A stretch of DNA of 64,000 nucleotides from an uncultured Bacillota bacterium (GTDB taxonomy: Bacteria; Sysuimicrobiota; Sysuimicrobiia; Sysuimicrobiales; Segetimicrobiaceae), in the NCBI GenBank assembly GCA_963804645.1, contig CAWDRG010000017.1, positions 416,001-480,000 on the forward strand. Reading direction: 5' to 3'. The notes below the pieces were generated by a model. It searched no databases, had not been told where the DNA came from, and worked only from the letters and a program-made list of their open reading frames with translations. This document shows positions 49,284 through 61,425 of the stretch, in pieces. A program made the translations under genes and the position numbers. Position 1 is the first letter of the stretch, and every line of letters starts with the position of its first letter.

Positions 49284-50744
49284 TCACCCGCCGCCTGCGC
49301 CGATGCGTTCCCGGAGCAGCCGATTGACGACCGCCGGGTTCGCCCGTCCGCGCGTCTGCTTCATCACTTGCCCGACGAGGAACTGCACCGCCCGGTCCTT
49401 GCCGGCACGCAGGTCCCCGACGGGTCCCGGGTGGTCCGCGATCACCTGGTCCACCAGCCGCAGGAGCTCCGCCTCGTCGCTGATCTGCACGAGCCCGCGC
49501 GCCTGCACGATCTCTTCGGCGCTCTTCCCGCTCTTGAGCATTTCCTCCAGCACTTCCTTGGCCGACGGCCCGTTCAGCGTCCCCCGTTCGAGCAGGGCCA
49601 GGAGCCCGGCCAGGGCGGTCGGTGTCAGCGCCACCCCGTCGATCTCGACGCCCTGGGCGTTGAGATAGGCGGCGAGGTCGCCCACGATCCAGTTCGCGGC
49701 GATCTTGGGGTGCGGAAACCGCCGCACGGTCTCCTCAAAAAACTCGGCCATCGGGCGAGTCTCCACCAAGAGACCCGCGTCGTGCTCCGGGAGGCCGTAC
49801 GCCTCGACGTACCGGCGGCGGCGGGCATCCGGCATCTCCGGCAGGTCCGTGCGCACGCGAGCGATCCAGGAGTCGTCGACCTGCACCGGCAGGAGGTCGG
49901 GCTCGGGGAAATAGCGGTAGTCGTGCGCCTCCTCTTTCTCCCGGGACGCGAACGTGATCCCGCGGTCCTCGTCCCAGTGCCGCGTCTGCTGCACCACCGC
50001 CTCCCCGCGCGCCAGCAGGTCCCGCTGGCGCGCCTCTTCCGTGCGCAGCGCCCGCTCGACCGCGCGCAGCGAGTTCATGTTCTTGATCTCCGTGCGCGTC
50101 CCGTACGGCTCGCCGGGTCGGCGGAGCGACAGGTTGGCGTCGCAGCGGAGCGTCCCTTCCTCCATCCGCCCCGTCGTCACGCCGGCGTACTGTAAGATGG
50201 TGCGCAGGCGCGTCAGGAAGTCCCTCGCCTCTTCGGGCGAGCGCAGATCGGGATCGGTCACGACCTCCATCAGCGGGGTGCCGCTGCGGTTGTAGTCCAC
50301 GAGGCTGTGCCCCACGGCGTGCACGAGCTTGCCGGTATCCTCCTCGAGGTGCACGCGGCGGATGCCGACCCGGCGTGGTCTGCCGCCGAGCGCGAGTTCG
50401 AGCGCACCGTGGGTCGCGAGCGGCGGGTGCCCCGCGTACTCGTACTGCGAAATCTGGTAGTTCTTCGGGATGTCGGGATAGTAGTAGTTCTTGCGGTGGA
50501 ACTGGCTCTCGGGATGCACCCGGCAGCCGAGGACGACCGCCGTCCGGAGTCCGAGGTCGACGGCACGCCGGTTCAGGACCGGCAGCGACCCGGGCAGCCC
50601 GAGGCACACCGGGCACGTCAGCGTGTTCGGCGGCGCGCCGAACGCGACGGCGCAGCCGCAGAACATCTTGCTCGCGGTGCTCAGTTGGACGTGCACTTCG
50701 AGCCCGATCACCGTTTCGTACACGGCGACGCCGGAGGGGCTCAT
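49284..50744 (-). CDS. gatB: Asp/Glu-tRNA amidotransferase subunit B
   Basis: [42 protein letters not shown]. Confidence 0.97.
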   Translation of the reverse strand: MSPSGVAVYETVIGLEVHVQLSTASKMFCGCAVAFGAPPNTLTCPVCLGLPGSLPVLNRRAVDLGLRTAVVLGCRVHPESQFHRKNYYYPDIPKNYQISQYEYAGHPPLATHGALELALGGRPRRVGIRRVHLEEDTGKLVHAVGHSLVDYNRSGTPLMEVVTDPDLRSPEEARDFLTRLRTILQYAGVTTGRMEEGTLRCDANLSLRRPGEPYGTRTEIKNMNSLRAVERALRTEEARQRDLLARGEAVVQQTRHWDEDRGITFASREKEEAHDYRYFPEPDLLPVQVDDSWIARVRTDLPEMPDARRRRYVEAYGLPEHDAGLLVETRPMAEFFEETVRRFPHPKIAANWIVGDLAAYLNAQGVEIDGVALTPTALAGLLALLERGTLNGPSAKEVLEEMLKSGKSAEEIVQARGLVQISDEAELLRLVDQVIADHPGPVGDLRAGKDRAVQFLVGQVMKQTRGRANPAVVNRLLRERIGAGGG

Positions 50745-52236
50745 GCGGGGAGACTCCCGCCGGCCGTCGAGGCCAGCGGCGGCCGGCGCGCGTGGAACTC
50801 GGTCGCCTGCTCGAGCGCGTACGCGACGTCGAGCACCGTGGCCTCGTCGAACGCGCGGCCCGCGATCTGCAGGCCGACCGGGAGCCCGCCCGCGAATCCG
50901 CAGGGCACCGACACCCCGGGCAGGCCCGCGAGGTTTAGGGGGACCGTGAACACATCGGCCAGGTACATCTGCAGGGGGTCCTCGACGCGCTCGCCGAGGC
51001 GAAACGCCGGCGTCGGAGCCACCGGCCCTACGAGCACGTCCGCGGTCCCGAGCGCGGCCTCAAACTCGCGCCGGACGAGCGCGCGCACCCGCTGCGCCCG
51101 GACGTAGAACGCGTCGTAGTAGCCGGCGGAGAGCGCGTAGGTGCCGAGCATGATGCGCCGCTTGACCTCCGCGCCGAACCCCTCGCGGCGGGTCCGCGCG
51201 TACAGGGTCATCAGGTCGTCCGCGTGCGCGGTGCGGTGCCCGTACAGCACCCCGGCGTACCGGGCGAGGTTGCTGCTCGCCTCCGCGGGCGCGACGATGT
51301 AGTACGCTGGGAGCGCGTAGGACGCGTGCGGCAGCGAGACCTCGACGCGCGTGGCGCCCAGGCGCTCGAGCGTCCGGATCGCCTCCCGCACCGCGCTCGC
51401 CACCTCCGGATCGACGCCGTCCTCCAAGAACTCCCGGACCACCCCGAGGCGCAGCCCCCGGACGCGTCCCGCGAGCCGGTCCACGTAGGGCGGCACGTCC
51501 ATCTCCGCGGACGTAGAGTCGAGGGGATCCCGGCCGGCGACGACCTGCAGCAGCAGCGCGGCGTCGCGCACAGTCCGCGCAAACGGGCCGATCTGGTCGA
51601 GCGACGACGCGAACGCGATCAAGCCGTACCGGGAGACGCGCCCGTACGTCGGCTTGAGGCCGACCACTCCGCAGAAGGACGCGGGTTCGCGGATGCTCCC
51701 GCCGGTATCGCTGCCGAGCGCGAGCGTCGCCTCTCCCGCCGCCACCGCCGCCGCGGACCCGCCGCTGCTCCCCCCGGCACCCGGTCGAGGTCCCACGGAT
51801 TGCGGGTCGGGCCGAACGCGGAGTTCTCGGTGCTGCTGCCCATCGCGAACTCGTCGCAGTTGGTCTTGCCGAGCACGATGGCGCCCGCCTCGCGCAGCAG
51901 CCGCACGACCGTCGCGTCGTAGGGCGGGCGGAAGCCGTCGAGCATACGCGAGCCCGCGGTCGTCGGGATCCCGCGCGTGCACAGGTTGTCCTTGAGCGCC
52001 ACGGGGATGCCGGCGAGCACCGGCGCGCCGTCGCGCCCGGCGATCGGGTCCCAGCGCGCGGCCTCGCGGAGCGCGGCCTCGGCATCCAGGTGCAGGTAGG
52101 CGTGCACCCGGGGCTCCACGGCCGCGATCCGGTCGAGCACGGCGCGGACGGCATCCGTGGGCCGGGCCTCGCCGCGGCGGTAGCGGGCGCGGAGGTCCGA
52201 GGCGGACAGGTCGGCGAGCGAGGCCTCCGGCGCCAT
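50741..52236 (-). CDS. gatA: Asp/Glu-tRNA amidotransferase subunit A (one base missing in the G run at 51770-51775)
   Basis: [24 protein letters not shown] in one frame; [16 protein letters not shown] in another. Length is 3n+2. Confidence 0.95.
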
Positions 52237-52240
52237 GCGG

Positions 52241-52558
52241 CTACTCCGTCTCGATCACGGGCGGGACCACGAAATACCCGTCCTCGACCGCGGGCGCGTT
52301 CGCGAGCACATCCTCGCGCGCGAGCGACGGCACGACCTCGTCGTCGCGCAGGACGCCGGCCGCCGGGCCCGCGTGCGCGGCATCCGGCTCGGCGGACAGA
52401 TCCAGCGCGGCGACTCGCTGAAACGACTCGAGGATGCCGCCGAGCTGCACCCGGAACAGCGCGCGCTCGTCGTCGGTCAGCTCCAAGCGGCTGAGGCGCG
52501 CCACGCGTGCCACGGTCGCGTCATCGATCCCGGCTACGGGCGGCCGCTCGTCGGACAC
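52241..52558 (-). CDS. gatC: Asp/Glu-tRNA amidotransferase subunit C
   Basis: [23 protein letters not shown]. Confidence 0.94.
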   Translation of the reverse strand: MSDERPPVAGIDDATVARVARLSRLELTDDERALFRVQLGGILESFQRVAALDLSAEPDAAHAGPAAGVLRDDEVVPSLAREDVLANAPAVEDGYFVVPPVIETE

Positions 52559-52709
52559 GCCAGTCCCTCCCGAAGTGATGATCCCTGGCCCGGCGACCGG
52601 TCACCCGGCCGTCTCCCCCAGGAGAACCCGTGGCCGGGGCCGCCCGGTGTCCGGACGGCCCCACGCCACGACGTCCGTGCGCCGCTCACGCCCGCGCCGG
52701 GCGCCCGGC

Positions 52710-54486
52710 CTACTGCTTGTAAATCGTGTAGTAGTACTGCCCCGGGAAGATCGGATTGTAGTACCATCCGTGCACCCACGACCGCATCGCGACGAACGTC
52801 GTGGGCTGCACCAGGAACAGGTACGGCAGATCGTTGTACGCGATCATCGAGATCTGCTTGTACAGCACCTTCCGCTTCGCGGGATCCGCGGTCCCGACCG
52901 CCTGCGCGATCAGCGCGTCGGCCTGGGGATTGCGGTAGCCGCCGCGCGCGGGGAAGTACCCGTCCGAGGCCAGGAACGGCTGTGCGAAGTCGTGCGGGTC
53001 CGGGTAGTCGGCGAACCACCCGAGAAACACCATCGGCACCTGGTGGGCGAACGTGATCTGGTTCAGCGCGGCCGACGGCAGCGGCCGGAAGCTGACCTGG
53101 AACTTGGGGTTGAGTGCCGCGAGGGTGTCACGCACGATCTCCACGCCGACCTGGCGTGCTGCGTTGCCGGCCGTGTACGGAATCGTGAACTTAAACCCGG
53201 TGTCCCAGAGCTTCCCGCCGAGCGCTTCCTTGAACTCCGCGGCCGCCTTCTCGGGATCATGGCTGTACGTCGGGACCGTCGGATCGTAGCCCAGCAGGCC
53301 CTGCACGATCGGCCCGTGTGCGAGGATCCCGTGGCCGGAATACGCGGAGCTCAGGTTCTGGCCGTAGTCGAACGCGTACGCGAACCCGCGCCGCACGTGG
53401 ATGTCGGCGAAGAAATCGGTGGGGATCCCCTGCCCGTCGAGCTTGCCGCTGCCGACGTCCGGGTTGCCGTTCGTGTTGATCTGATAGTTGAACACCACGA
53501 CCTGCACGGCGATCTGCGGCAGGCCGTCTTGGATCACGACGCCGGGCAGGCTCTTGAGCTGGGACTCCTGGTTCGGCGATGGCGAGGACCAGGTCGGCGT
53601 CCCCCTGCTGCAGCTGCAGGCTCCGGGTCGTAAACTCGGGGACCGACCGGTCGATGACGCGCTGAAGCGCGGCCGGCTTCCGCCAGTAGTGATCGTTCCG
53701 GACGAGGACCACTTGATTGTTCTGCTGGTCCCACTGATCCAGCATGAACGGTCCGGTGCCGTCCATGTGGGTCGTCTGGTAGCGGTCCCCGGTCTTCGGG
53801 TTGTTGTACTGCTGCCAGGTCCCGGCACCGCCGTCCCAGTCCCCGTGTGAGGCGGCCCACTTCCGCGGCATTACCACGCCCCACTGCGCGACGATCGACA
53901 GAAACGGCGCGAACGGCTGCTTGAGGCGGAAGACGACCGAGTCCCCGTCCGCGGACACCGCGCGGGCGACCTGGTCGAACGTCACCTGGATCTTCCCCTG
54001 GCTGTCCCGGGTGCTCCCGACGCCGAGCAGCGGGCTGAGCAGCAGCCACGCGGGGCCGCCGGACTGGTCCTGCAGCAGGAATCGCCGGAGCGAGTAGACG
54101 ACATCGTCGACCGTCATCACCGACCCGTCGTGGAACCGCACGCCCGTGCGGATCGGGAACCGGTAGGTGAGCCCGTCCTTGCTGATGAGGCCGTTTTGGA
54201 CCGTCGGCACCTGGGTGGCGAGCATCGGCGAGAACTGATCGATCGAGGAGCCGCTGTAGATGATCAGCGACTCGTACACGTTCGGCCAGATCACCTCGGC
54301 CGAGTAGATGTCATACCCGAGCGCGGGGTCGAGCGTCACCACGTTCCCGAACTGCAGCTCGACGAGCGTACCGGGGTTCTTGACGGGCTCGCCGGCGCCC
54401 CGGCCGGGGAGCGCGGCGAGCATCGCGACCAGCACCGCGGCGGTGACCGCCGCCGCGCCACGAACGGCCCACGAGGCGCTACGCAT
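52710..54486 (-). CDS. Peptide ABC substrate-binding protein (family 5), frameshift at ~53580
   Basis: TLDPA, GTGPF in one frame; VRRGFAYAFD, WFADYPDP in the next. Close paralog of 56586-58370. Confidence 0.88.
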
Positions 54487-54562
54487 CGTCTCCTCCTGTG
54501 CTGCGGGATTCGACTCGCCTCGAAGCTTCGGCCCGCGACGCCCGGAGCCCTGCGCACGGCCC

Positions 54563-55514
54563 TCAGCGGCTCGCCCTGCTGGTGCGGGTCGAAGATGTCG
54601 CGGAACGCGTCGCCGAGCAGGTTCCAGCCCAGGACGAACAGGAAGATCGCCGCCCCGGGCACGACGAGCGAGTACCAGAACTTGAAGGGGTCGCCGGCGG
54701 TGCCCAGGATCCAGTTGCGGGACAGACTGACGAGCTGGCCCCAGTCCGCGTATCCCGGGGGCGCCCCGAGCCCGAGAAACGACAGCGCCGCGAAGGTGAT
54801 CACCACCCCGCCCATGTCGAGGGAGGCGAGGATCAAAATCGGGTAGATCGTGTTCGGGATGACGTGGCGGCCGATGATCCGGAGGTCCCGGTCGCCGAGC
54901 GCCTGCGCCGCCTGCACGAATTCCATGTCCCGCACGCGCAGGAACTCCGCCCGCAGGAGGCGCGTGTACGTCGGCCACTGCACCGCGGCGATCGCGATCA
55001 CGGCGTTGCGCACGCTCTGGCCGAGCACCGCCACGATCACGACCGCGAGGATCAGGCCGGGGAACGCGAGGAAGATGTCGGTCACCCGCATCACCGCTTC
55101 GTCGAGCCATCCCCCGTAGTAGCCGCTCACGCTGCCGAGCACGAGCGCGATGCCCACGCCGATCGCACCCACCGTGAGCGCCACCAGAAACGCGGTGCGC
55201 GCGCCCCAGATCACCCCGTAGAACAAGTCGAACTGCCCCTCCGTCGTGCCGAACGGGTGGCCGGGCCCCGGGGGGCGCGGGTCGCTCGCGTAGCCGTCGT
55301 GGGGAATCATGTACGCGTCGCGCTCGGTGGGGTGGGCGAGGTACGGGGCCGCGAGCGCAATCAGCACGAAGAACGCGACGATCGCGAGGCCGAGCACCGA
55401 CAGCGGGCTGCGGCGAAAGCGCCGCAGGGTCCGGTGCCACCCCGACTCGGCGGGCTTGGCCGGCACCGTGGCGGGCGCGCCGAGCGCCTGCGGCCGGGCG
55501 CGGACGGCGGTCAT
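54563..55514 (-). CDS. Peptide ABC permease (OppC/DppC); stop shifted by one extra base
   Basis: HPFGT, AQALG, HVIPN, LSFLGLG, GDAFRDIFDP; the likely stop TGA 54565-54563 is out of frame by one. Confidence 0.88.
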
Positions 55515-56536
55515 TTGAGCCGGATCCTCGGGTCGACGATGGCGTACAGCACGTCGGCGCACAGGTTCGCGAGCACGAGCATCGCAGCGAAGACGAGCGC
55601 GAACCCGGTGACGGCCGGGATATCGAGCTGCTGGCTTGCCGCCGCGCCCCAGCGGCCGATGCCCGGCCAGTTGAACACGGTCTCGGTGATGACGACCCCG
55701 GAGAGCAGCCCGACGAACAACAGGCTCGCGAGCGTGATCACCGGGATCAGCGCGTTCCGGCGCGCGTGCTTATCCACGACGACCGTGTTTGACAGGCCTT
55801 TTGCATGCGCCGTCCGCACATAGTCGGTCCCCAGCGTCTCCAGCATCGACGACCGCGTGATCCGGACGAGCACCGCGGTCAAGAAGTACGTCAGCGTCGC
55901 GACCGGCAGCACGAGGTGGCGCAGCGCGTCCCAAAAAATCCACCACCGGCCGTTCAGCAGGCTGTCGACGGTCATGAGGCCGGTGTACGCGTGAAACCCC
56001 GGGCCCCGCACGTACAGATCCGCGTCGAGGCCGAGGCGCCCGGGCGGAAACCACCCGAAATGGCCGTAGAAAATCATCAGCAGCAGGAGGCCGCCCACGA
56101 ACGTCGGCATCGACGCGCCGCCGATTGCGGCGAGGCGGCTGACATGGTCAACCACCTGGTCCTTCCGGACCGCGGAGAGCGTGCCGAGCCAGATCCCGAG
56201 CACGAGAATGCACGCGAACGCGTACAGCGCGAGTTCGAGCGTCGCCGGGAAGAAGCCGCGGATCGCGTCGACGACGGGCTCGCGGGCGGTCTGCGACCAG
56301 CCGAGGTCGCCGTGCGAGACCTGCTTCACCCACTCCCAGTACTGCACGTAGACGGGCTGGTCGAGATGGTACTTCCGGATGATGTCCGGGAGGGCGTCGA
56401 GCTGCTTCGGGTCCGTGATGTAGAGGCTGGCGCGCATCGTCGGCGTCAGCAGCTGGATGAGCGCAAAGATCAGCAGCGTCACCCCGATCGCCACGAACGG
56501 GAGCAGCGCCAGCCGTCGGACGATGAACGTGCTCAT
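55511..56536 (-). CDS. Peptide ABC permease (OppB/DppB)
   Basis: FIVRRL, GDLG, YVRTAHAKGL, HARRNA, ETVF, DPRIR. Confidence 0.93.
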   Translation of the reverse strand: MSTFIVRRLALLPFVAIGVTLLIFALIQLLTPTMRASLYITDPKQLDALPDIIRKYHLDQPVYVQYWEWVKQVSHGDLGWSQTAREPVVDAIRGFFPATLELALYAFACILVLGIWLGTLSAVRKDQVVDHVSRLAAIGGASMPTFVGGLLLLMIFYGHFGWFPPGRLGLDADLYVRGPGFHAYTGLMTVDSLLNGRWWIFWDALRHLVLPVATLTYFLTAVLVRITRSSMLETLGTDYVRTAHAKGLSNTVVVDKHARRNALIPVITLASLLFVGLLSGVVITETVFNWPGIGRWGAAASQQLDIPAVTGFALVFAAMLVLANLCADVLYAIVDPRIRLK

Positions 56537-56585
56537 GGGAGCCGGTGGCCGGACCGCCCCGAGGCGGCCCGGCCGGACGTCCTCC

Positions 56586-58370
56586 CTACTGCTTCGACAT
56601 GGTGTAGAAGTCGAACCCGACGTTCGCCAACGACGGCAGGATCGCGTTGTAGTACCAGCCGCGCACCCAGGTGCGCATCACGACGAACTGCGTCGCCTGC
56701 GCGGCGTAGATGCCCGGCACGTCGTCGTAGACCAGCTTCGTCAACTGGCGGTAGATCGCCGCCCGCTTCGCGGGGTCCTGGGTCACGGCCCCCTGCTGCA
56801 CCAGCTGGTCCGCCTGCGGATCGGAGAACCCGTTCCGCTTCGGATAGTTCCCGTTGGACGCCATGAACGGCTGCGCGAAGTCGTCGGGGTCCGGATAGTC
56901 GGCCGCCCACCCGAGCGCGTACAGCGTCCCTTTGTGCTGGTTGGTCAGCTCGAGAAACGTCGACCACTGCAGGTTCCGGATGTCGATCCGAAACTTCGGG
57001 TTGAGCGACTCGACGACGTCCTTGACGATCTCCGCGCCGATCTGCCGTGCCGCGTTGCCGGTGTTGAAGGTTTCGGTGAAGTGGAACCCGGCGTCCCACA
57101 GCTTCCCGCCCCACGCCTCCTTGAACTCCGCGGCGGCCTTCTGCCGGTCGAACGTGTACTTCGGCGCCGCGGCGTCGTAGCCGAGCAGCCCCTGAATGAT
57201 CGGCCCACTCGGCTGGATCGCCTTGCCGTGGTAGGCGTCCTGGATGAACGTGTTGTAGTCGAACGCGTACGCGAACGCCCGCCGGACGTGCACGTCCGAG
57301 AAGAAGTCCGGCGGGATCCCGTTGCCGTCGAGCTTGCCGCTGCCGACGTCCGGATTCGCCGCGGCGTCGATCTTCTGGTTGAAGTGCAGGACCTGGACGA
57401 CGAGCGATGGGAACCCGTCCTGTACCGAGACCCCGTCCATGCCGGTGATCTGGCTCTGGTCGGGCCGGTCGACCGCGATGATGTCCGCGTCGCCGCGCTG
57501 GAGCTCCAGCTTCCGCGCCGCGAACTCCGACACGGTGCGGATGACGACGCGGTTGAGGCGCGCCGGGGCGCGCCAGTACCGGTCGTTGCGCGTCAGGATG
57601 ACCTCCTTACCCTGCCGGTCCCACTGGGTCAGCTGAAACGGCCCGGTGCCGTCCGTGTGGTCGAACTCATACCGGTCCTGGAGCTTGGGGTTGTTGTACC
57701 GCGCCCAGCTCGCCGCGGTCCCGTCCCAGTCGCCGTGCGCGGCGGCCCAGTGCTGGGGCAGGACGAACGACCACGCGGCGAGGATGCTGAGAAACGCGGC
57801 GTAGGGATGCTTGAGGTGGAACACGACGTTCTGACCCTGCACCGTCACCGCCCGGGCCGCGTCGGCGTAGGTCACGGCCAGGGTGCCCCGCTCCCTCGTG
57901 CTGTCGACCCCGAGCAGGGGGGTCAGCAGGAGCCAGGCCGGACCGCCGTCGGGGTCCTGCAGCATGAACCGCAGCATCGAGTAGCGGACGTCGGCGGGGG
58001 TCATCATCGAGCCGTCGTGAAAGCGCACGCCCTGGCGGATCGGGAACGTATAGGTCAGTCCGTCCTTGCTGATCAGGCCGTTGGAGGCACTCGGGACCGT
58101 GGTGGCCAGCCGCGGCACGTACCGGGACAGCACACTGCCGTCGTAGGTGATCAGCGTCTCGTAGATCCCTGGCCACAAGATGCCGTCGCTGGTCGTATCG
58201 TACGCGTAGGCGGGGTCGAGCGTCTGCGGGTCGCCGTACGTGAGGAGCACCATCGTATCGGGGTTGCTGACCGGTACCGCGGCTCCCCGGGCGCCGGATC
58301 CGAGCGTCACCACCGACAACACGACCACCATCGCGACAGCACACGCGCGCAGCATCACAACCGTCACCAC
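56586..58370 (-). CDS. Peptide ABC substrate-binding protein (family 5)
   Basis: Signal peptide, TLDPA, FHDG, GTGPF, VRRAFAYAFD, WAADYPDP. Confidence 0.92.
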   Translation of the reverse strand: MVTVVMLRACAVAMVVVLSVVTLGSGARGAAVPVSNPDTMVLLTYGDPQTLDPAYAYDTTSDGILWPGIYETLITYDGSVLSRYVPRLATTVPSASNGLISKDGLTYTFPIRQGVRFHDGSMMTPADVRYSMLRFMLQDPDGGPAWLLLTPLLGVDSTRERGTLAVTYADAARAVTVQGQNVVFHLKHPYAAFLSILAAWSFVLPQHWAAAHGDWDGTAASWARYNNPKLQDRYEFDHTDGTGPFQLTQWDRQGKEVILTRNDRYWRAPARLNRVVIRTVSEFAARKLELQRGDADIIAVDRPDQSQITGMDGVSVQDGFPSLVVQVLHFNQKIDAAANPDVGSGKLDGNGIPPDFFSDVHVRRAFAYAFDYNTFIQDAYHGKAIQPSGPIIQGLLGYDAAAPKYTFDRQKAAAEFKEAWGGKLWDAGFHFTETFNTGNAARQIGAEIVKDVVESLNPKFRIDIRNLQWSTFLELTNQHKGTLYALGWAADYPDPDDFAQPFMASNGNYPKRNGFSDPQADQLVQQGAVTQDPAKRAAIYRQLTKLVYDDVPGIYAAQATQFVVMRTWVRGWYYNAILPSLANVGFDFYTMSKQ

Positions 58371-58522
58371 CCCTCACTCGATACGGGCGGCCGGACGTGC
58401 CGTCAAAAACAGCGGGCGCCGCCATCGGCGGTCGCCCAAACGCCCCCCACCCTAGGTTCGATGTCTAGTACGTCGATCTGGTGCGGTCGGTTCCCCAACC
58501 CGGCTGCAGAGGCGCGCGATCG

Positions 58523-59569
58523 CTACGAGGTCGCCGGGGCGCTCGCCGGCTCGCGGTACACGGCGGCCCGGCTGCGCTGCGTCTTGAACGGCCGCACGGG
58601 GCACGCGACCCAGTGGCCGTTGCCGATATCGACAAACTCCGGCTCGTCGATCCGGCAGCTCGGCTGCGCGTACAGGCACCGGGTGTGGAACCGGCACCCC
58701 GACGGCGGGTTCACCGGGCTGGGGACGTCGCCCGGGAGAATGATGCGTTCGCGCCGCATCTCCGGGTTCGGGATCGGCACGGCCGACAGCAGCGCCTCCG
58801 TGTACGGATGCTGGGGGTTCGCGAACAGCTCGTCGGCGTCCGCGAGCTCGACGATCTTGCCGAGGTACATGACGGCGATGCGGTCGCTGATGTGCTTCAC
58901 GACCGACAGATCGTGCGCGATGAACAGGTACGTGAGCCCGAACTCCTTCTGCAGCTCCTGCAGCAGGTTCAGCACCTGCGCCTGGATGCTGACGTCGAGC
59001 GCCGAGACGGGCTCGTCCGCAATGATCAGCTTGGGGTTCACCGCAAGCGCGCGAGCGATGCCGATGCGCTGGCGCTGCCCGCCGCTGAACTCGTGAGGAT
59101 AGCGGTTCGCGTGATACGGTGAGAGGCCGACAACCTCGAGCAGCTCCTGCACGCGCCGCACCTTCTCCTTGCCCCGCGCCAGGTTGTGGATCTCGAGCGG
59201 CTCCCCGATGATGTCGCCGACGGTCATCCGGGGGTTCAGCGACGAATACGGGTCCTGGAAGATGATCTGCATGTCGCGGCGAAGCCGCCGCAACTCTTCC
59301 TTCCCGAGCTTGAAGATATCGCGGCCTTCGAACAGCGCCTCACCGCCGGTCGCCTCCTGGAGCCGGAGGATCACCCGGCCGGTCGTCGTCTTGCCGCATC
59401 CGGACTCGCCCACGAGGCCGAGGGTCTCGCCCCTCCGGATATGGAAGGTGAGCCCGTCCACCGCGTGGACCGCGCCGACCTGCTTTTGGAAGATGAACCC
59501 CTTGGTCACCGGGTAGAGTTTCTGGAGATTCCGCACGTCCAGGAGTATCTCGCCGTTGGTAGTTCCCAT
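58523..59569 (-). CDS. Oligopeptide ABC ATPase (OppF)
   Basis: [33 protein letters not shown]. Confidence 0.94.
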   Translation of the reverse strand: MGTTNGEILLDVRNLQKLYPVTKGFIFQKQVGAVHAVDGLTFHIRRGETLGLVGESGCGKTTTGRVILRLQEATGGEALFEGRDIFKLGKEELRRLRRDMQIIFQDPYSSLNPRMTVGDIIGEPLEIHNLARGKEKVRRVQELLEVVGLSPYHANRYPHEFSGGQRQRIGIARALAVNPKLIIADEPVSALDVSIQAQVLNLLQELQKEFGLTYLFIAHDLSVVKHISDRIAVMYLGKIVELADADELFANPQHPYTEALLSAVPIPNPEMRRERIILPGDVPSPVNPPSGCRFHTRCLYAQPSCRIDEPEFVDIGNGHWVACPVRPFKTQRSRAAVYREPASAPATS

Positions 59570-59599
59570 GTCCCCTCCCAGATGCTCAGCCTGTCGGAC

Positions 59600-60643
59600 C
59601 TACATGCCTTTGGTGCGGGCAACCGCCGCCAACCCGGCCGTTGCCGCCGCCTGCTTTTCTTTTTCCGTCGCCTTATCGGTGTAAAGGTAGCACCGGGCCG
59701 AGTGCCCGGGCTCGACCTCCACAATCGGCGGGTCGGCCTGCGCGCAGACCTCCATCGCGAACGGACAACGCGGCGTGAACGCGCACCCGGGCGGGAGATC
59801 GACCAGGCTGGGCGGCTGCCCCTCGATCGGGATCAGGCGCTCGCTGCGCTCGTACATCTTCGGCACCGAGTGCAGGAGGCCCCACGTATAGGGGTGCCTC
59901 GGGTCGGCGAACGTGCGTTTGATGTCGGTCTCTTCAATCGGCCGGCCGGCGTACATGACAACGACGTTGTCGCACAGCTCCGCGACGACGCCGAGGTTGT
60001 GCGTGATCATGACGATCGCGGTCCCGAACTCCCGCTGCAACTCGCGCATCAGTTCGAGGATCTGCGCCTGGATCGTCACGTCGAGCGCGGTCGTGGGCTC
60101 GTCCGCGAGCAGTACCGACGGGTTGCAGCTGAGGGCCATCGCGATCATCACGCGCTGCCTCATGCCGCCCGAGAACTGGTGGGGATAGTCCTTGACGCGC
60201 TGCCGGGCGGCCGGCATCTTGACGCGCTCGAGCATCTCGATCGCGCGCTCCCACGCCGCCTTCTTATCCAGCCGCTGGTGGAGAATGACCGCCTCGGCGA
60301 TCTGCTCGCCGATCGTCAGCACGGGATTGAGGGAGGTCATGGGTTCCTGGAAGATCATCGCGATGCGGTTGCCACGGATTTTCCGCATCTCCTCGTCCGA
60401 GAGCTTCAAGAGGTCGCGGCCCTCGAACATGATCTGCCCGTCCACGATCTTCCCGGGAGGCGTCGCAATCAGCCGCATGACCGACAGCGCATGCACGCTC
60501 TTGCCGCTGCCGGACTCGCCGACGATCCCGAGCGTCTCGCCCTTGTTGAGCTCATAGGTCATCCCGTCAACGGCCTTGACGACGCCCTCGTCGGTGTAGA
60601 AGTACGTCTTCAGGTTCCGGACGGACAGCAACGGCTCGGCCAC
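59600..60643 (-). CDS. Oligopeptide ABC ATPase (OppD)
   Basis: [41 protein letters not shown]. Confidence 0.94.
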   Translation of the reverse strand: MAEPLLSVRNLKTYFYTDEGVVKAVDGMTYELNKGETLGIVGESGSGKSVHALSVMRLIATPPGKIVDGQIMFEGRDLLKLSDEEMRKIRGNRIAMIFQEPMTSLNPVLTIGEQIAEAVILHQRLDKKAAWERAIEMLERVKMPAARQRVKDYPHQFSGGMRQRVMIAMALSCNPSVLLADEPTTALDVTIQAQILELMRELQREFGTAIVMITHNLGVVAELCDNVVVMYAGRPIEETDIKRTFADPRHPYTWGLLHSVPKMYERSERLIPIEGQPPSLVDLPPGCAFTPRCPFAMEVCAQADPPIVEVEPGHSARCYLYTDKATEKEKQAAATAGLAAVARTKGM

Positions 60644-60710
60644 GCGGACCCTCCTCCCGTGACGAGCGGCCTCCGGGTTCCTCCGGTGGTCCGCCGTTCA
60701 CTCCCCTCGC

Positions 60711-60737
60711 ATTCCACAGGGTGTTCGCAAATCCTTT
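60711..60737 (-). promoter_or_regulatory. SigH(Spo0H)-type promoter upstream of oppD
   Basis: AAAGGATTT-N11-GTGGAAT matches the RNAGGAWWW-N11/12-RNNGAAT consensus. Confidence 0.6.
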
Positions 60738-60867
60738 CCGTGGTGCGTCCACGCCGGTGCGCGATCCCTCGAACATTCGGTGGCCGCCCGTCGATTCCCG
60801 CCGCGCGGGCCCAATTTCTTGCCGGGGAGGAGCCCGGGGCGGCCGCCATCCCCCGGCCGCCCCCGGG

Positions 60868-61423
60868 CTAGGGCAGGCCCTTGGCGTACTGCACCGCGTA
60901 GTCGTTGTAGGCCTGGCTCGGGCCGCCGCTCACGGTCGCCAGCTCCTGGCGGCCGTGATAAAGCACCGCGACCACCTCCGAGGCCTCCGGACTGTTGTGG
61001 AGGGCCAGTTGGACGATCAGCCGGCCCTCCGTGGCGAGGTACTGCCGGTTGTACGCGGCGCTGTGTTTCGGGTCGTAGTACTTTGACTGGAACCGCGCCG
61101 TGATGGTCCCCGACGCGGGGTCGTAGCGGACATCAGGCCGGCTGTCGTCTCCGGAGATGGTCAGCACCGCCCCCCGGGCCCGCAGCGCGGGGCTCAGCTG
61201 GGCGCCCTCCGGGACGTTCGGCGTGACGACCCCCTGCTTGCACGCCGTTGATCTGTCGAAACAGCAGCACCGCACCGGCCGCCACCACCACGGCCACCAC
61301 GGCGGCCACGATCCAGCGGGTGCGTGCGCGCTTTGACCGCGCCGCGGCGGCGGCGAGCCCCGCCCGCGACCGGCGGCCGCCGGGGCTCGAACTGTCGTTC
61401 CGTGCCGTCCGGTTCTTGGCCAT
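60868..61423 (-). CDS. Hypothetical single-pass membrane protein (frameshift at ~61242)
   Basis: ATG 61423 gives a basic N-terminus plus TM helix; continues in the other frame as KQGVVTPNVPEGAQL..YAKGLP. Length is 3n+1. Confidence 0.6.
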
Positions 61424-61425
61424 GG

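Noticed and set aside
44634..50195. 1853-aa + strand ORF
   Set aside because: Antisense shadow of dnaE/gatB caused by high GC3; no recognisable motifs.
53257..55440. Apparent 727-aa fusion ORF
   Set aside because: The first half is an off-frame reading of oppC; the SBP starts at ATG 54486 after an AGGAGG RBS.
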